Assembly (NCBI GenBank): GCA_020184695.1
Contig: JAANOX010000207.1
Location: 1 to 64,000, forward strand
DNA length: 64,000 nt
From: Histomonas meleagridis 2922-C6/04-290x
Lineage: Eukaryota > Protista > Parabasalia
Direction: 5' to 3'
This document shows, piece after piece, positions 35,873 to 46,901 of the stretch. The translations under genes were made by a program, and so were the position numbers. How positions within the stretch are numbered: position 1 is the first letter of the stretch; every line of letters begins with the position of its first letter. The notes below the pieces were generated by a model. The model ran no database searches and was not told the origin of the DNA. It saw only the letters and a list, made by a program, of their open reading frames with translations.

Positions 35873-36245
35873 GAACCCAAATTATCTTACGTTTGAAAAT
35901 TACACCCTTTAACGGAAAACGTTACAGAAATATTCAATTGAATTTTTTCAGATGATTATTGCTAATTAAGGGTGCCCTCGTTTTTTTGGACAGGAAAAAA
36001 AATATATATCCTCAACTTATTACAACTATTACGTTGTGCGTTTACATAATGATTTCGTAGGTACTCATTGTTTTATAATGTATTTTACTTCCATTTTTCA
36101 ATATTGGATCAATCCATTCATAAATTAAGATTGATAAATCATAAGTTACGTTCTTTAACAGCTTGGCAATTCCTTATAAATTATACACTAAAGCACAGCG
36201 AAAACAAAATAATTAAAATAACAAAAATTTATTTATATACTAACA

Positions 36246-39113
36246 TTATTCGAATTGTATTCCATTTTCTCTTATAAACTGCGCAATCTTTTGTATTGCA
36301 TTTTCCAAGTACGAAAATGTTTGTGGCGAATCTTCCGATTCAACAACATTAAACAATTGCGCAACTAACATATGCATATTACCCAGAAACTGTTCGCCCA
36401 GTTTCTCATAATAATTATCGATAATTGTATTTCTTTCATCAACAAAAGTTTTCAGTGTGTAAAAAATTAATGATACATTTCTTAAATTACCCTTAAATAT
36501 ATTATCGAAACATATTTCAACAATAGAAATAAAGTCCTGATGAAATCTTTGATAATTTTCATCATCAATATTTTTAATTAATTGAATTAATGATGCAATT
36601 GATTTTTCAGAAACTTGTTGATTTACGTCGTTATTCATCATTAATATTAAAACCTGTATTTGATGATTAACTGTGATGTCGTCAAGCTTGAAGAATAAAG
36701 CCGGATACTCAAAAAATATCGAACTCAGAAAATCGTTGTATCGTAAAATAAACTTCGGAAATTCGAACAAGTTTTTGAGAGGGACCGTTAACAACTCGTT
36801 AAAAAGTGCCGTGATGCAATTTGTAAATGATCCAACGTTATAAAAATCTAAAACTTTAATATTTATGCCTGGACACTTAAGTATATTGCTTAAGATTTTA
36901 AATATATATGAAAACAAGCGGAAATACTCAACGATTTCTTTTGGCATATTTTGAATTATTTTATATGTTTCAGTAATAAAACTCATAAATAAATTATACA
37001 ATTCGATTACTTCTTTCGTAAGATGACTTCTAAGTTTCACCGCATAATTTGAAATGCTTGTAACCAAATGGAGAATTGAATACTTTACATTAATGTCAAT
37101 TTCGGCGGTTTGTATCATTTCTATACATTTGTGAAGGAAATCGCCCTTTAAAGTATTGAAAACAAAAATAAACTGACAATTCGATGGAATAAAAGCGCTA
37201 GAAAGCATTGAAAAAGTTGCTAAGTCAAAATTATTTGACTCAAACCGATGCAAAATTCCGTTAATCAAAAAAGTGACTTTTTCTGGGTTAGAAAGCGAAA
37301 ATCCGAGATAAAAGAGTGGCGCAAACATTGCTTTTGTAGCCTTTGAGCTTTGTTGAATGTTCATTTGAATTAGTCTAGAATTCGAAATCATTTCAAATAT
37401 TTGATCATTTGACGCCAACATTTGCATACATCTTGCTGACATACCCTTAAATTGTAGAACCTTAGTTACTTCATTGATAAGTTCCATTGATGTATCACAA
37501 AATTGGACATCAGTTAAAAATCTCATTATTAATGATATCAATTCATTACTAAAATGTGCCAAAAATTGACCACAAATTTCGCTATCGGATCTCAGAAAAG
37601 TTTCAGCGACCTTGTTGAAAAAGTGGAGCAAACAGAGCTCAAACAAAATGTTGCTTTGAGAACTTTTTGTTTCTTCAGTAATGGCCATAACAGCATTTGA
37701 CGTACCTACAACGGAATCCATAACCTTATTAGCATAAGGAACCAATTCACGTATTGCATAAGCAAAAAATTCTATGCAAAACGCTGCATTTAAAAGTGAA
37801 TTCACCTCAATGAAATATGAAAGTGAGTTCGAAATACATTCAGAAATTGAACATATCTCATTAAATTTACACGTAGAAACAAACTTTTGCATAAAAAGAG
37901 ATGTCTCATCAGATAAGATCTGATAGATGAGATTTTGGTTTTGTACGCTTTCTTGTGAAAAAAAGATTTTGATGACCGCATCTTGGAGGACGTTACGGGC
38001 TTTGTCTTCTTCTTGCGACGAAATGAATCCTTTGTTGATTGGATCCCTCCAAAAGTCAAGAATGAACTCGGCCGGAGAGGTGCTCGAGATAAGGAAAGAT
38101 GGGTCTATCAGTTGAAGTGTCAAATTTGCAATTGTTTGAATCCAAATAATTAAAAATTCTTGATTGATGGCATTGAATTGCTTCTCTTTAGAAACAATAG
38201 ATTTAAGTGTAGTGAGAAGAATTGCGATGCTCGAATATTCGGTTTCGGGAATTTTAAATTTGGTGATATAATTTATTAGCTCATTAATGGTCTGAAAAAC
38301 AAACTCTTCACGGGTTGATTGGGTTGCGAATGAAGAATTCGGGAATTTGAGAAGCTCTGTAAGGAGTATGAATAAATGTTCTGGGATTTTTGATCCATTG
38401 AATTTGTGGATAAAATAAAATAGACGCCTTGGAAAGCCTATACGTAAGAACTCTCTCATTATGATAAGTGGGTAATGTTGGCTTTCGATTGTTTTCTTGG
38501 AAATAATTGTTTTGAGAAGAAAAGCAGCAGAATCAATAAGACGATCAGACGACTCGTCGTATGAAAAAGGGATAGTAGCAACTGGTATAAGATATGCAAG
38601 GCCATTGGAATTTTCGGCTTTCAAAATTATCTGTGTGGAAATTTGAAGAGAAAGAATACATTGATTTGGACCTGAATCAGCAAGTTTTTGGATAAGATCA
38701 GAACCTGTCCTTTGATCATTCTCATATAAAAAAATGAATATGTTGACAAGTAAAGAAATTAAAGAATCGTCAATTAAAAATTCGGCTCTTTTGAAGCAAA
38801 AATCAGAAAACCATTCTTTAACATAATTAAATTGATCTGCACTTATGATCTTGCAACGTGGGATACATGAAAGAGAAATTAAAAGAGAATTTTTCGAAAG
38901 ATTACCAGATGAAATAGCATTAAGTATAACTGAAAGGGCTTCTGGAGTTTCAACAAATGCATGCAATGAATTTATTGCTTCTTGATTTTGTGGTCCAGCA
39001 TTGAATATTTGCTGGAGCCACCCATCAAAAGAAGAAAGATCCATTAGCCCAATGATGAGACAGATTAAATAGTTTACTGTATCGGCATTCTTTTGACCGT
39101 TAAAAAAATTCAT
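36246..39113 (-). CDS. HEAT-repeat karyopherin, exportin-7-like
   Basis: 955-aa all-helical ORF. NIKVLDFYNVGSFTNCITALFNELLTVPLKNLFEFPKFILRYNDFL resembles the XPO7 C-terminal VNFGVF.LY.D...L...P..DL..YPKL motif. Confidence 0.6.
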   Translation of the reverse strand: MNFFNGQKNADTVNYLICLIIGLMDLSSFDGWLQQIFNAGPQNQEAINSLHAFVETPEALSVILNAISSGNLSKNSLLISLSCIPRCKIISADQFNYVKEWFSDFCFKRAEFLIDDSLISLLVNIFIFLYENDQRTGSDLIQKLADSGPNQCILSLQISTQIILKAENSNGLAYLIPVATIPFSYDESSDRLIDSAAFLLKTIISKKTIESQHYPLIIMREFLRIGFPRRLFYFIHKFNGSKIPEHLFILLTELLKFPNSSFATQSTREEFVFQTINELINYITKFKIPETEYSSIAILLTTLKSIVSKEKQFNAINQEFLIIWIQTIANLTLQLIDPSFLISSTSPAEFILDFWRDPINKGFISSQEEDKARNVLQDAVIKIFFSQESVQNQNLIYQILSDETSLFMQKFVSTCKFNEICSISECISNSLSYFIEVNSLLNAAFCIEFFAYAIRELVPYANKVMDSVVGTSNAVMAITEETKSSQSNILFELCLLHFFNKVAETFLRSDSEICGQFLAHFSNELISLIMRFLTDVQFCDTSMELINEVTKVLQFKGMSARCMQMLASNDQIFEMISNSRLIQMNIQQSSKATKAMFAPLFYLGFSLSNPEKVTFLINGILHRFESNNFDLATFSMLSSAFIPSNCQFIFVFNTLKGDFLHKCIEMIQTAEIDINVKYSILHLVTSISNYAVKLRSHLTKEVIELYNLFMSFITETYKIIQNMPKEIVEYFRLFSYIFKILSNILKCPGINIKVLDFYNVGSFTNCITALFNELLTVPLKNLFEFPKFILRYNDFLSSIFFEYPALFFKLDDITVNHQIQVLILMMNNDVNQQVSEKSIASLIQLIKNIDDENYQRFHQDFISIVEICFDNIFKGNLRNVSLIFYTLKTFVDERNTIIDNYYEKLGEQFLGNMHMLVAQLFNVVESEDSPQTFSYLENAIQKIAQFIRENGIQFE

Positions 39114-39701
39114 TAATCAGTGGATAAAATTCCCCATTTTTCATTTCCAAATTCCTAAAATATTGTTTTATTATGTTTTTTAACATGAACCATTCTCCAC
39201 CAACACATAGTCGTACGAAATTTTTCTTGATGAGGTACCTCAGATTTTTCACATTTTTTACTGGGGAGTAGTTTTGCCCCAAACTGCAAATGGTTAATTG
39301 AATAGATTCCACCAAAAACAAATTCTTTCATGGGAATATTTCAAGAAAAACTAAGTTAATACCACTCATTGAGACTTCGAAGTTACGACTGAAACTTGTT
39401 TAACTAAATAATCGGAGGATTCATCACAGCAATATTAAAGATGTTCATAAATATACAAAAATAATTCTAAATGACTAAATAATAATACAACTTAAAGATA
39501 TATATAATCGCAGAGTGTAAATGAAACAAATGTAATGACACGCTCTTGGTTAAAATACGTTTTAATCTCATGATATTTTCAGATAGAAATTATCTGTTCG
39601 AAGTTTTTCTATTTTGATTTAGTATTAAGTAAAAATAATATATACAAAATTTATTAATGAATTAAATCAATATGATAACAAAAACAGAACCACTGTAGCA
39701 C

Positions 39702-41150
39702 TCACCTATTAGCGAAGTAGCTTTTCGCTATTTCTGATACGGTTTTATGTAACAATTGTGCAATTTCTTGAATCGACCTTTCGTTGTATTCGGCCAAATC
39801 TTGTAAGCACATGAAGTTCTCATCATTTAAAAGTGTTTTAACAGCATTTGGTAATTCACCATTTGGAATTACATCATTTCCATAAATCACAATTGCGAAA
39901 TAAAAACACTTCAAAGACATATATATCAACTGTGCGTTCACTTGGTTCATAGTTGATTTATATAAATGAAGAAAATTAGACAATACATCAAAAAAAATTG
40001 GATATCTTCCTAAAATCGTCAGTCCATGTTCTCTCACAAAGAATTTACTGTCTGTGGTAAGTAGTCGTTGGAACAAAGCTAATGCTTCGGCTTTGGTGTC
40101 CATCTGCGTTTGTTCATTGATGAGGCACCCGAACGCATCATCCAGGAAAACCGTCGACGATAGGAAGCCGTTACATTCACTTGATGAAAAAGTGCAATTC
40201 GAACATGTCCTTAAACATTCTGCTTTAAGCTTATCTGGGGCGCTTGGCCAAAGGTTGTGGAAAATATCAAGAAGGCCATTCTGAATAAGAAAGTTTCCAA
40301 CATCATCAAAATGAAAAACAGAATTACATAGAAAAGAAACAATACTAAGACGTATTTTGGGATGCCCTACATTAGCAAGAAGTTGTAATGAGCTTGCAAA
40401 GAATGGATGAAGATCAAAATCAAGTTGTTGCTTATCTTCCAATTTGCCAATAGCAGTTCCTATGATGTTATATGAGATCTTTAAGGTCGCTTCTTTGAAT
40501 TCGGTGGCTATCAAGTAATTTGATATGGTTCCTATGAGATGAATAAATAAATTTGGATCATTAAAATATGTTGATTTCAAAACAGAAAGAATCCCACGCA
40601 AGACTCCATATTGATCAGCAACTGTAAGCTCCGGATTAGCAAGCTTTTGAAGCAAGAGATCAAAATATCCTTTGCTCATAAGGGTTTGAAAAGAAAATCG
40701 GGTCCAGTTTACAATCGATGAGAGAATTTCAACAACTGGCATAAGTGGAAACGAAGTGCGATTTTTGGCTAAGATTTCTAATAAAAAATCATAATAAGAA
40801 ATTTGGAAAATCTTATGTGTTGCTGCTTTGTCTGTTTTACATAGCTCGGCTATAAATTCCATCACAATATTTCTTGTATGAAAATCTATATCTATGGTTG
40901 TGATTTTACATAATATTGGGATAGTTGAATCAGATAGAGATTCGGACAAAAAGCCATCCATGTTGTTCATAAGATTGGCGAGTGAAAAGACTCCTTTTTG
41001 GATAAGTTTTGGATCATCTGATTCAATATCTTTTTCTGCAATTGAAATAGAAGATTCACCTATTTCATCATTAGATTCGTTTTGAGCCATTAATGCCAAT
41101 AGTCTATTTTTTCTTGTGTTACGAATGGGATTAAATTTCCCAACTCGCAT
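39702..41150 (-). CDS. armadillo-repeat protein, divergent importin-alpha-like
   Basis: Basic N-terminal segment (RNTRKNRL, IBB-like) followed by ARM-like helical repeats (e.g. AECLRTCSNCT). Confidence 0.5.
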   Translation of the reverse strand: MRVGKFNPIRNTRKNRLLALMAQNESNDEIGESSISIAEKDIESDDPKLIQKGVFSLANLMNNMDGFLSESLSDSTIPILCKITTIDIDFHTRNIVMEFIAELCKTDKAATHKIFQISYYDFLLEILAKNRTSFPLMPVVEILSSIVNWTRFSFQTLMSKGYFDLLLQKLANPELTVADQYGVLRGILSVLKSTYFNDPNLFIHLIGTISNYLIATEFKEATLKISYNIIGTAIGKLEDKQQLDFDLHPFFASSLQLLANVGHPKIRLSIVSFLCNSVFHFDDVGNFLIQNGLLDIFHNLWPSAPDKLKAECLRTCSNCTFSSSECNGFLSSTVFLDDAFGCLINEQTQMDTKAEALALFQRLLTTDSKFFVREHGLTILGRYPIFFDVLSNFLHLYKSTMNQVNAQLIYMSLKCFYFAIVIYGNDVIPNGELPNAVKTLLNDENFMCLQDLAEYNERSIQEIAQLLHKTVSEIAKSYFANR

Positions 41151-41522
41151 TTTATTTGGTACTCAATTCTATTCAATTATTTTGATAACCTCATTGAATC
41201 GATGCGACCGGTCAAATTGGGTTAAAACTGTCTAGCGTCATTTGAAACATATATCACGATTAATTCCAATTATTTTTGAAATATCTCAAAGAAATTATGT
41301 AATAATTCGATCTTGATTGAATGAGTTAAATTAATAACATAAAATTATCGGAAGAAAATACATAAATATGACGAAATTGTATGTTTGATGAAAATCGATA
41401 TTTATATACTTTACACATAATGTTACCATTTCAAAAGTTTACAGGCAGAGATATAATTTTTTCTTTCATCTCTACTTCTAAATGAAGAATCAAAATAATA
41501 TCGCCAATGGCATGATCCAAGT

Positions 41523-43320
41523 ATGGGAATCAAGTCTTTGCCAACATGCAAAGTTTACAAATATCTCAATGATAATACCCATTTTTGCAGATGCCGGGAA
41601 ATTTGGAATCAAGACCGGCTAGTTATTTTATGTCACGATTGCTCTTTGACAAAATTTGGATGTATTTGTATCAAATGTTTTTTAAATGGCATTTCTATTT
41701 CCATAAATGTAGAAGGAAATTGTGATTGTGGTGATCATTTTCATTGATAGCCATCTGGTAATTATACTCTTCATAATCACCAAAAAGAATCTGAGATTCC
41801 TTCATCAATATTAAAACTTCTTCCACAAATTTTTGATATTGCCGCACTGTATCTTCCGAGATTTCTCAAATCAAGTTCAAACGATTCCAATAAAATAAAC
41901 TGAGTGGCTTCTAAAAATCTGTGAAATTGGTGATGCCTATCGAAGTTTGCTAGTGACTCCATTAAGCAAAAGGAACATTTACTCTGACATTATTGATTCC
42001 TTTTTTGAATCTGATTCAAAATCGATTCAATCGATTACAGAATTATTTGGCTGTTTACTTAATGATAGTAAATTTTGGTTTGCATTTGGCTATTCTTATT
42101 TTAAAAATCTTTCTAAAATCATAAAAAACGCGTCTGAAATGATAAAAAATGGAAATGAACATGAAAAACTTGTGATTTTTATTATTTAGGCTATCATTTT
42201 TCATATGATTATATCTTTCGATATTGTTCTGAGCATTATAACTTTGATTTTTGTGAATGTTTTTTAGAAACTACGAAGTTATATCAAGAAAAACAATTAA
42301 CATTTGCACTTGATAATAATTTATGTACAAAATATATATTTAGTAATCAAGATTTTCCTTTTTTGAAACATTTGAAATGATTTTGTTAAACGAAACATTT
42401 AAAAATGAGCATCAACGAATATTGGATGGTTTAACTGATATAGTTTTAGATGAAGATGCGATTTTATATACAAATGTTAATGAAGGATCAGCTGAAGATC
42501 GTTTTATCATACATAAATTTTATAACAAAGGAATTACAAATGTATTTAAAGGATTTGAGAAATGTGAAAATTTAAAAATTAAATCTTCGATAAAAAAATC
42601 GAAAATTATTTAAATTCGATTTATATTGATAAAAAAATTAATCACTCATTGTTTAATGGTTGTTCAATTTCATTATATTTAGCTCCATTTTTATTATTAA
42701 AATCTTTATTATTAGAAGAAAATATTAAAACAATTTTAAATGATAATATTAATGAAGTCGATAACTTTTTATTACTTTCGTCTTTAAATGTACAACGTGT
42801 GTTACTTTCATTTGATTTTTATTGTCATCAAGTAACATGTTGTTTTGGATCATCTTCTTTCTTAAAATATATGTTTTTGAAGAAAATTTGTCCGATTTTA
42901 TTTGTGTTAATGCAAATTTTTCTTGGGTTAACACAAAACAAAGAAAAAATGATTTATACAATTGCTTATACTATTGGAATTTTTGATGACACATTACAAA
43001 AAGATAAAATAATATATTTTATATTTTGTCATTTTATTTCGACTTTTGTATTTGATCTATTAGAAATTAATGACAACAAAAATGAAAAAGTGAATCAAAA
43101 ATTAATATCGAAATTATTATTCGGGCAAAAATTATATAAAACATTTAAAGGAATATTTCAACAAGAAGAAATCACTGATATTAAAATCATTAAAAATCAT
43201 TTAGATACAATTTCTACTTCTTCTCCTTCACTAAAAGGTGCAATGTTTAAATTAAAATCAATAGATTTATGGGATCCATTAGCACCATTATATAAATCAA
43301 ATCAAATATTATCGATTTAA
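41523..43320 (+). pseudogene. decayed UBR-box (N-recognin, UBR1-like) E3 ligase gene
   Basis: CRCREIW...LCHDC...CICIKCF...GNCDCGD UBR zinc-finger remnant, followed by stops and frameshifts; several collinear ORF fragments to 43320. Confidence 0.65.
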
Positions 43321-44512
43321 TCAAATATATATCGAAATATCCAAATGAATTAATGTCTTTTTTTTAGTTACATAAAATAAACAAATCAAAGTTGACTGTA
43401 CATTAGATTATGCGAATTTCTGCAAGAACTGTTGTGCACCAAAAATATTTATTTTTCTTGTTTCTTTGAACATACAAAACGCAGAGAATGGTTGAATCAA
43501 CACTTCCAGCATCTCTGAATGAAAATTCCATTAATAAAGAAACATCATCCATATAATAGAATTTATCAGAATTAATTTCATCAATTAAAGTTGGAATAGT
43601 TAAAATAAAGACTTCATTTGGAATTTGAACAAACTTTGTAATGTTAATAATTGTATTATATATATTAAAAGCAATTGATTCAGGTTCTTAATCATTCGAA
43701 ATTTGGCAAATGATTAACTACTATTCAATAATATCATAGATAGAGATTGTTAACAATGCCAAAAACAATGAAAGATAGGATTCTATGACTTCTGAAGGTA
43801 GTTTTAGCATTGGTAAAACTTTTTTCCTCTGGAATTGTAGATTTCAAATTTTTGAAACTATGAAAATCTTCTCGATCAAGTTCTGAAATAACGCAAAAAC
43901 CCGTTTTGTTTCCACAACCTCTAGCTTTCACATTGCATGAGGGTGATGAACTTTACTTAGGATATCTATTTCACTAATGATGTGGCGTTAATCCATTAAT
44001 AGCAACAAACCTGCCCCATACTTTTATTGTGCTTTATATACCGCCCAAATGAACTTTCTCCAATACGGTGGTGTGAATTTTCCATTGCAGACAGATGGCA
44101 TTTCACCTCACATTATCAGTGTCAAGCGGCTCAAAAATTGAATAGAAAACAATCTTTTATAATTCAATTTCTTGTCAAATTTACCTTTTCCCTATCGGCT
44201 AGACACTTCACATTAGCAGTGATGCATTTTTTGGTACTTTTCAAACTATTATGGTGATCAATTTTGGAATTTTTGTGTGAAATAAATTTATAGCAAATGT
44301 GCATTGGTTAAAATTTACGGAATACTCAACAATGAAAAGTTAAAATTGTTTTTGAAAATGTTTTTTGGCATTTTTTTGAATTGTCTTTTAACCCATGGAA
44401 TTGAATATAAAATGATCACAAAAAATTTCTACGCACTCAAAATATCTTTTTGAACGAAATCAATTTCAAATGAATTAATTCAATTTTTGAGCATTTTAAA
44501 ACCATTTTACAG

Positions 44513-45544
44513 ATGAGCAAAGTTCGCCCCAGCAATTCATCGCTAAACGAAAATAACACGAAAGCAAAAAATGACTTTGATGATGTTTTTTCTGGAGAAC
44601 CAACTGTTTTCCCAGATCACATATTGGAGAATTTAAAGAAAACAAGAAGAAGGGTTGGCAGCGTTTCTTTGGCACGTATAAAGCGAAGGGAGCACTTAGA
44701 AGAGCTTGAGTCCAAAGAAAAACAAGCACGAAAAATATCTGGACCTCCATTACAGCAACCTGGACAGCCTTCTCGTATAGCGCCACCAATGGGTGGAATG
44801 GACCTCAGTAATAATCCTCTTTTCAAGAAGAGAATGGCTAATAAACCGGAACCAGGAAATGGAATTGATAATAAAGAGGAATCTAAAATCAAAGAAAACG
44901 AAAGAAAAATGGAAAGAACCAGAGAAGAAGAGCAAGAACAATTGTCAAAGATTAGTGAAGAAAATCAATTCAATTCCAAATTCATTATTATCGGTGATAT
45001 CAACGTTGGTAAAACATCTCTTGCGAACCGCTTCGTAGACAATAAATTTACCAATACTGTTCCAACAATCTCTGATCATTCATTATCTCGAACAATTATT
45101 CATCAAAATAACAAAGTCAAAATTAGCATCTGGGATACAGCTGGCCAAGAATCGTTCCGTTCTGTTACTGTTAGTTATTACCGTGGTGTTGATGTTGCTA
45201 TTATTACATTTTCATTTGATGATCATAAATCTCTCGAAAACGTCCAATACTGGTACGATTCGATTGTTGCACAATCTCATGATGCAATAATATGCATTTG
45301 TGGAAACAAGAAAGACATTCCGCCCGATAAACGAAAAGTGAAATCTGAAGAAGGAATCGAATTAGCTAAGAGATTAGGTGCCGAATACTGTGAAACAAGC
45401 GCAAGAACATGTGAAGGTGTTGATGAAATGTTTAGGAAACTTGCTGGAATGTATGCAAGTGTTGCTGAAACTAAAGAAGACGAAGAGAATCAATCTGTAC
45501 AGCCAGTGGATCAAGGAGGAAGATCATGGTGGTGTTTTTGCTAA
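44513..45544 (+). CDS. Rab GTPase with ~150-aa N-terminal extension
   Basis: GDINVGKTS, WDTAGQESFRSVTVSYYRG, GNKKD, ETSA, C-terminal CFC; continuous with a charged/Pro-rich N-terminus. Confidence 0.85.
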   Translation: MSKVRPSNSSLNENNTKAKNDFDDVFSGEPTVFPDHILENLKKTRRRVGSVSLARIKRREHLEELESKEKQARKISGPPLQQPGQPSRIAPPMGGMDLSNNPLFKKRMANKPEPGNGIDNKEESKIKENERKMERTREEEQEQLSKISEENQFNSKFIIIGDINVGKTSLANRFVDNKFTNTVPTISDHSLSRTIIHQNNKVKISIWDTAGQESFRSVTVSYYRGVDVAIITFSFDDHKSLENVQYWYDSIVAQSHDAIICICGNKKDIPPDKRKVKSEEGIELAKRLGAEYCETSARTCEGVDEMFRKLAGMYASVAETKEDEENQSVQPVDQGGRSWWCFC

Positions 45545-46060
45545 ATCACTTATGTTTTTGAAATTAGTTGGCGAGTTCCCAATATTTTGGAACTCATACA
45601 GGCTTTTATGTGTGTTATAACTAAGCTTATTAGTACAATAACGTGATCAAAAAATTTAAATTTTTTTGATCAAATAAACGGTCAACATCGTTAGAGAAAA
45701 AATTTCAAGAATTTGGTACAAATTAATCAATTATTTTTCTCTAAGAGCATAATTACAAGACCTTCCAAAAGGGAAACAAAACATTGAAAATAATTAAACA
45801 TGAATCAAATTATCAAAAGAATAATTATAAATAATTATAATTCTCTTTATATTTTATAGGTTTGAATATCTTCAGAAAAAAATACGATGTATGTATTAAA
45901 AAACATGAAAAAACGCATAAATTGTTTTACCAATTTATGGACAAAACAGAAACGTTCAACGTTGGAAATTTCCTTCTTCAAATAATAGGAATTATTTTTA
46001 GTACCTTATTGTAATCATTCCAAGATTTACAAATAATTAAATAATGTGTTAATGGAATGT

Positions 46061-46438
46061 TTACTTTTTGATGTATGGGGCCAAAAGTTCATCAATTTGG
46101 TTGCGAACATCATCTTGTTGGCCAAGAATATAAATGCCTGTTTTCTTTATGAGTAAAATCTTTTCATCGCATTTTCCTAAGTCAGATCTCAACTTTTCTA
46201 GTGTGGTTGGAACAGAATCAAGCAAAAAAGCTTTTCCAACAGACGAATATACAGGAACATCTTTCGGAAGTTTTGCAATTTCTTGACGGGTGATGTATTT
46301 TGATCTTCTATTTCTTAATTCTGTATCAAGTTGTACTGTAGCTCTGTTTATATTTTCTATGCACCTCTCCTCCTCTTGTCGGAACTTGATATATTGATTC
46401 ATTTGATCCTCTGGAAGGCGTATTTGCTGTTCGGCCAT
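46061..46438 (-). CDS. prefoldin beta-type subunit (subunit 1-like)
   Basis: Coiled coils flanking LPKDVPVYSSVGKAFLL hairpin motif; 125 aa. Confidence 0.75.
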   Translation of the reverse strand: MAEQQIRLPEDQMNQYIKFRQEEERCIENINRATVQLDTELRNRRSKYITRQEIAKLPKDVPVYSSVGKAFLLDSVPTTLEKLRSDLGKCDEKILLIKKTGIYILGQQDDVRNQIDELLAPYIKK

Positions 46439-46901
46439 TTCCTTAATATGTGACCGTTAAATGTCACTTTTAAAGGAAATATACAAATTCAAAAAAATGC
46501 TATGCATCTATTTCCTGAATGTAATTTCACAAAATCTTGTGCTAATATGTTTAACCATATTAAGTGAAAAAAATTTGGTGGTCTGGGACATTAAGTATTG
46601 GGCTATGATTGAAAAATAGATCAATTGAATTTCAAGCAGCCACCCAATAATACCAATTTTTACCATATAATTATTAAAAAACAAGAATTTTTTTACAATT
46701 GTTAGTATAAAATTTCCGAAACTATTTATTCTGGCTTGTAAACTTTTTTGTAATATTTTTTGAGAAACCGTTAAAATCAATCCAACTATCGTTTTCACAA
46801 AACCGTTTGTTTTCGCACAACATGTCTCTAAATTTTTCGTAAACTTATGAAAATGATGTAAACATTTGAAATTGGTCGCGGGGTTCAGTTTATTGTTTTC
46901 T

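Noticed and set aside
36246-41150. Adjacent exportin-like and importin-alpha-like genes as a functional cluster
   Set aside because: Both assignments are tentative, and adjacency of two genes is expected by chance in a gene-dense genome.
43400-44300. Possible MutS-like (MSH4/5) pseudogene fragment on the minus strand
   Set aside because: The resemblance is only a few residues, so no family call is supportable without a search.
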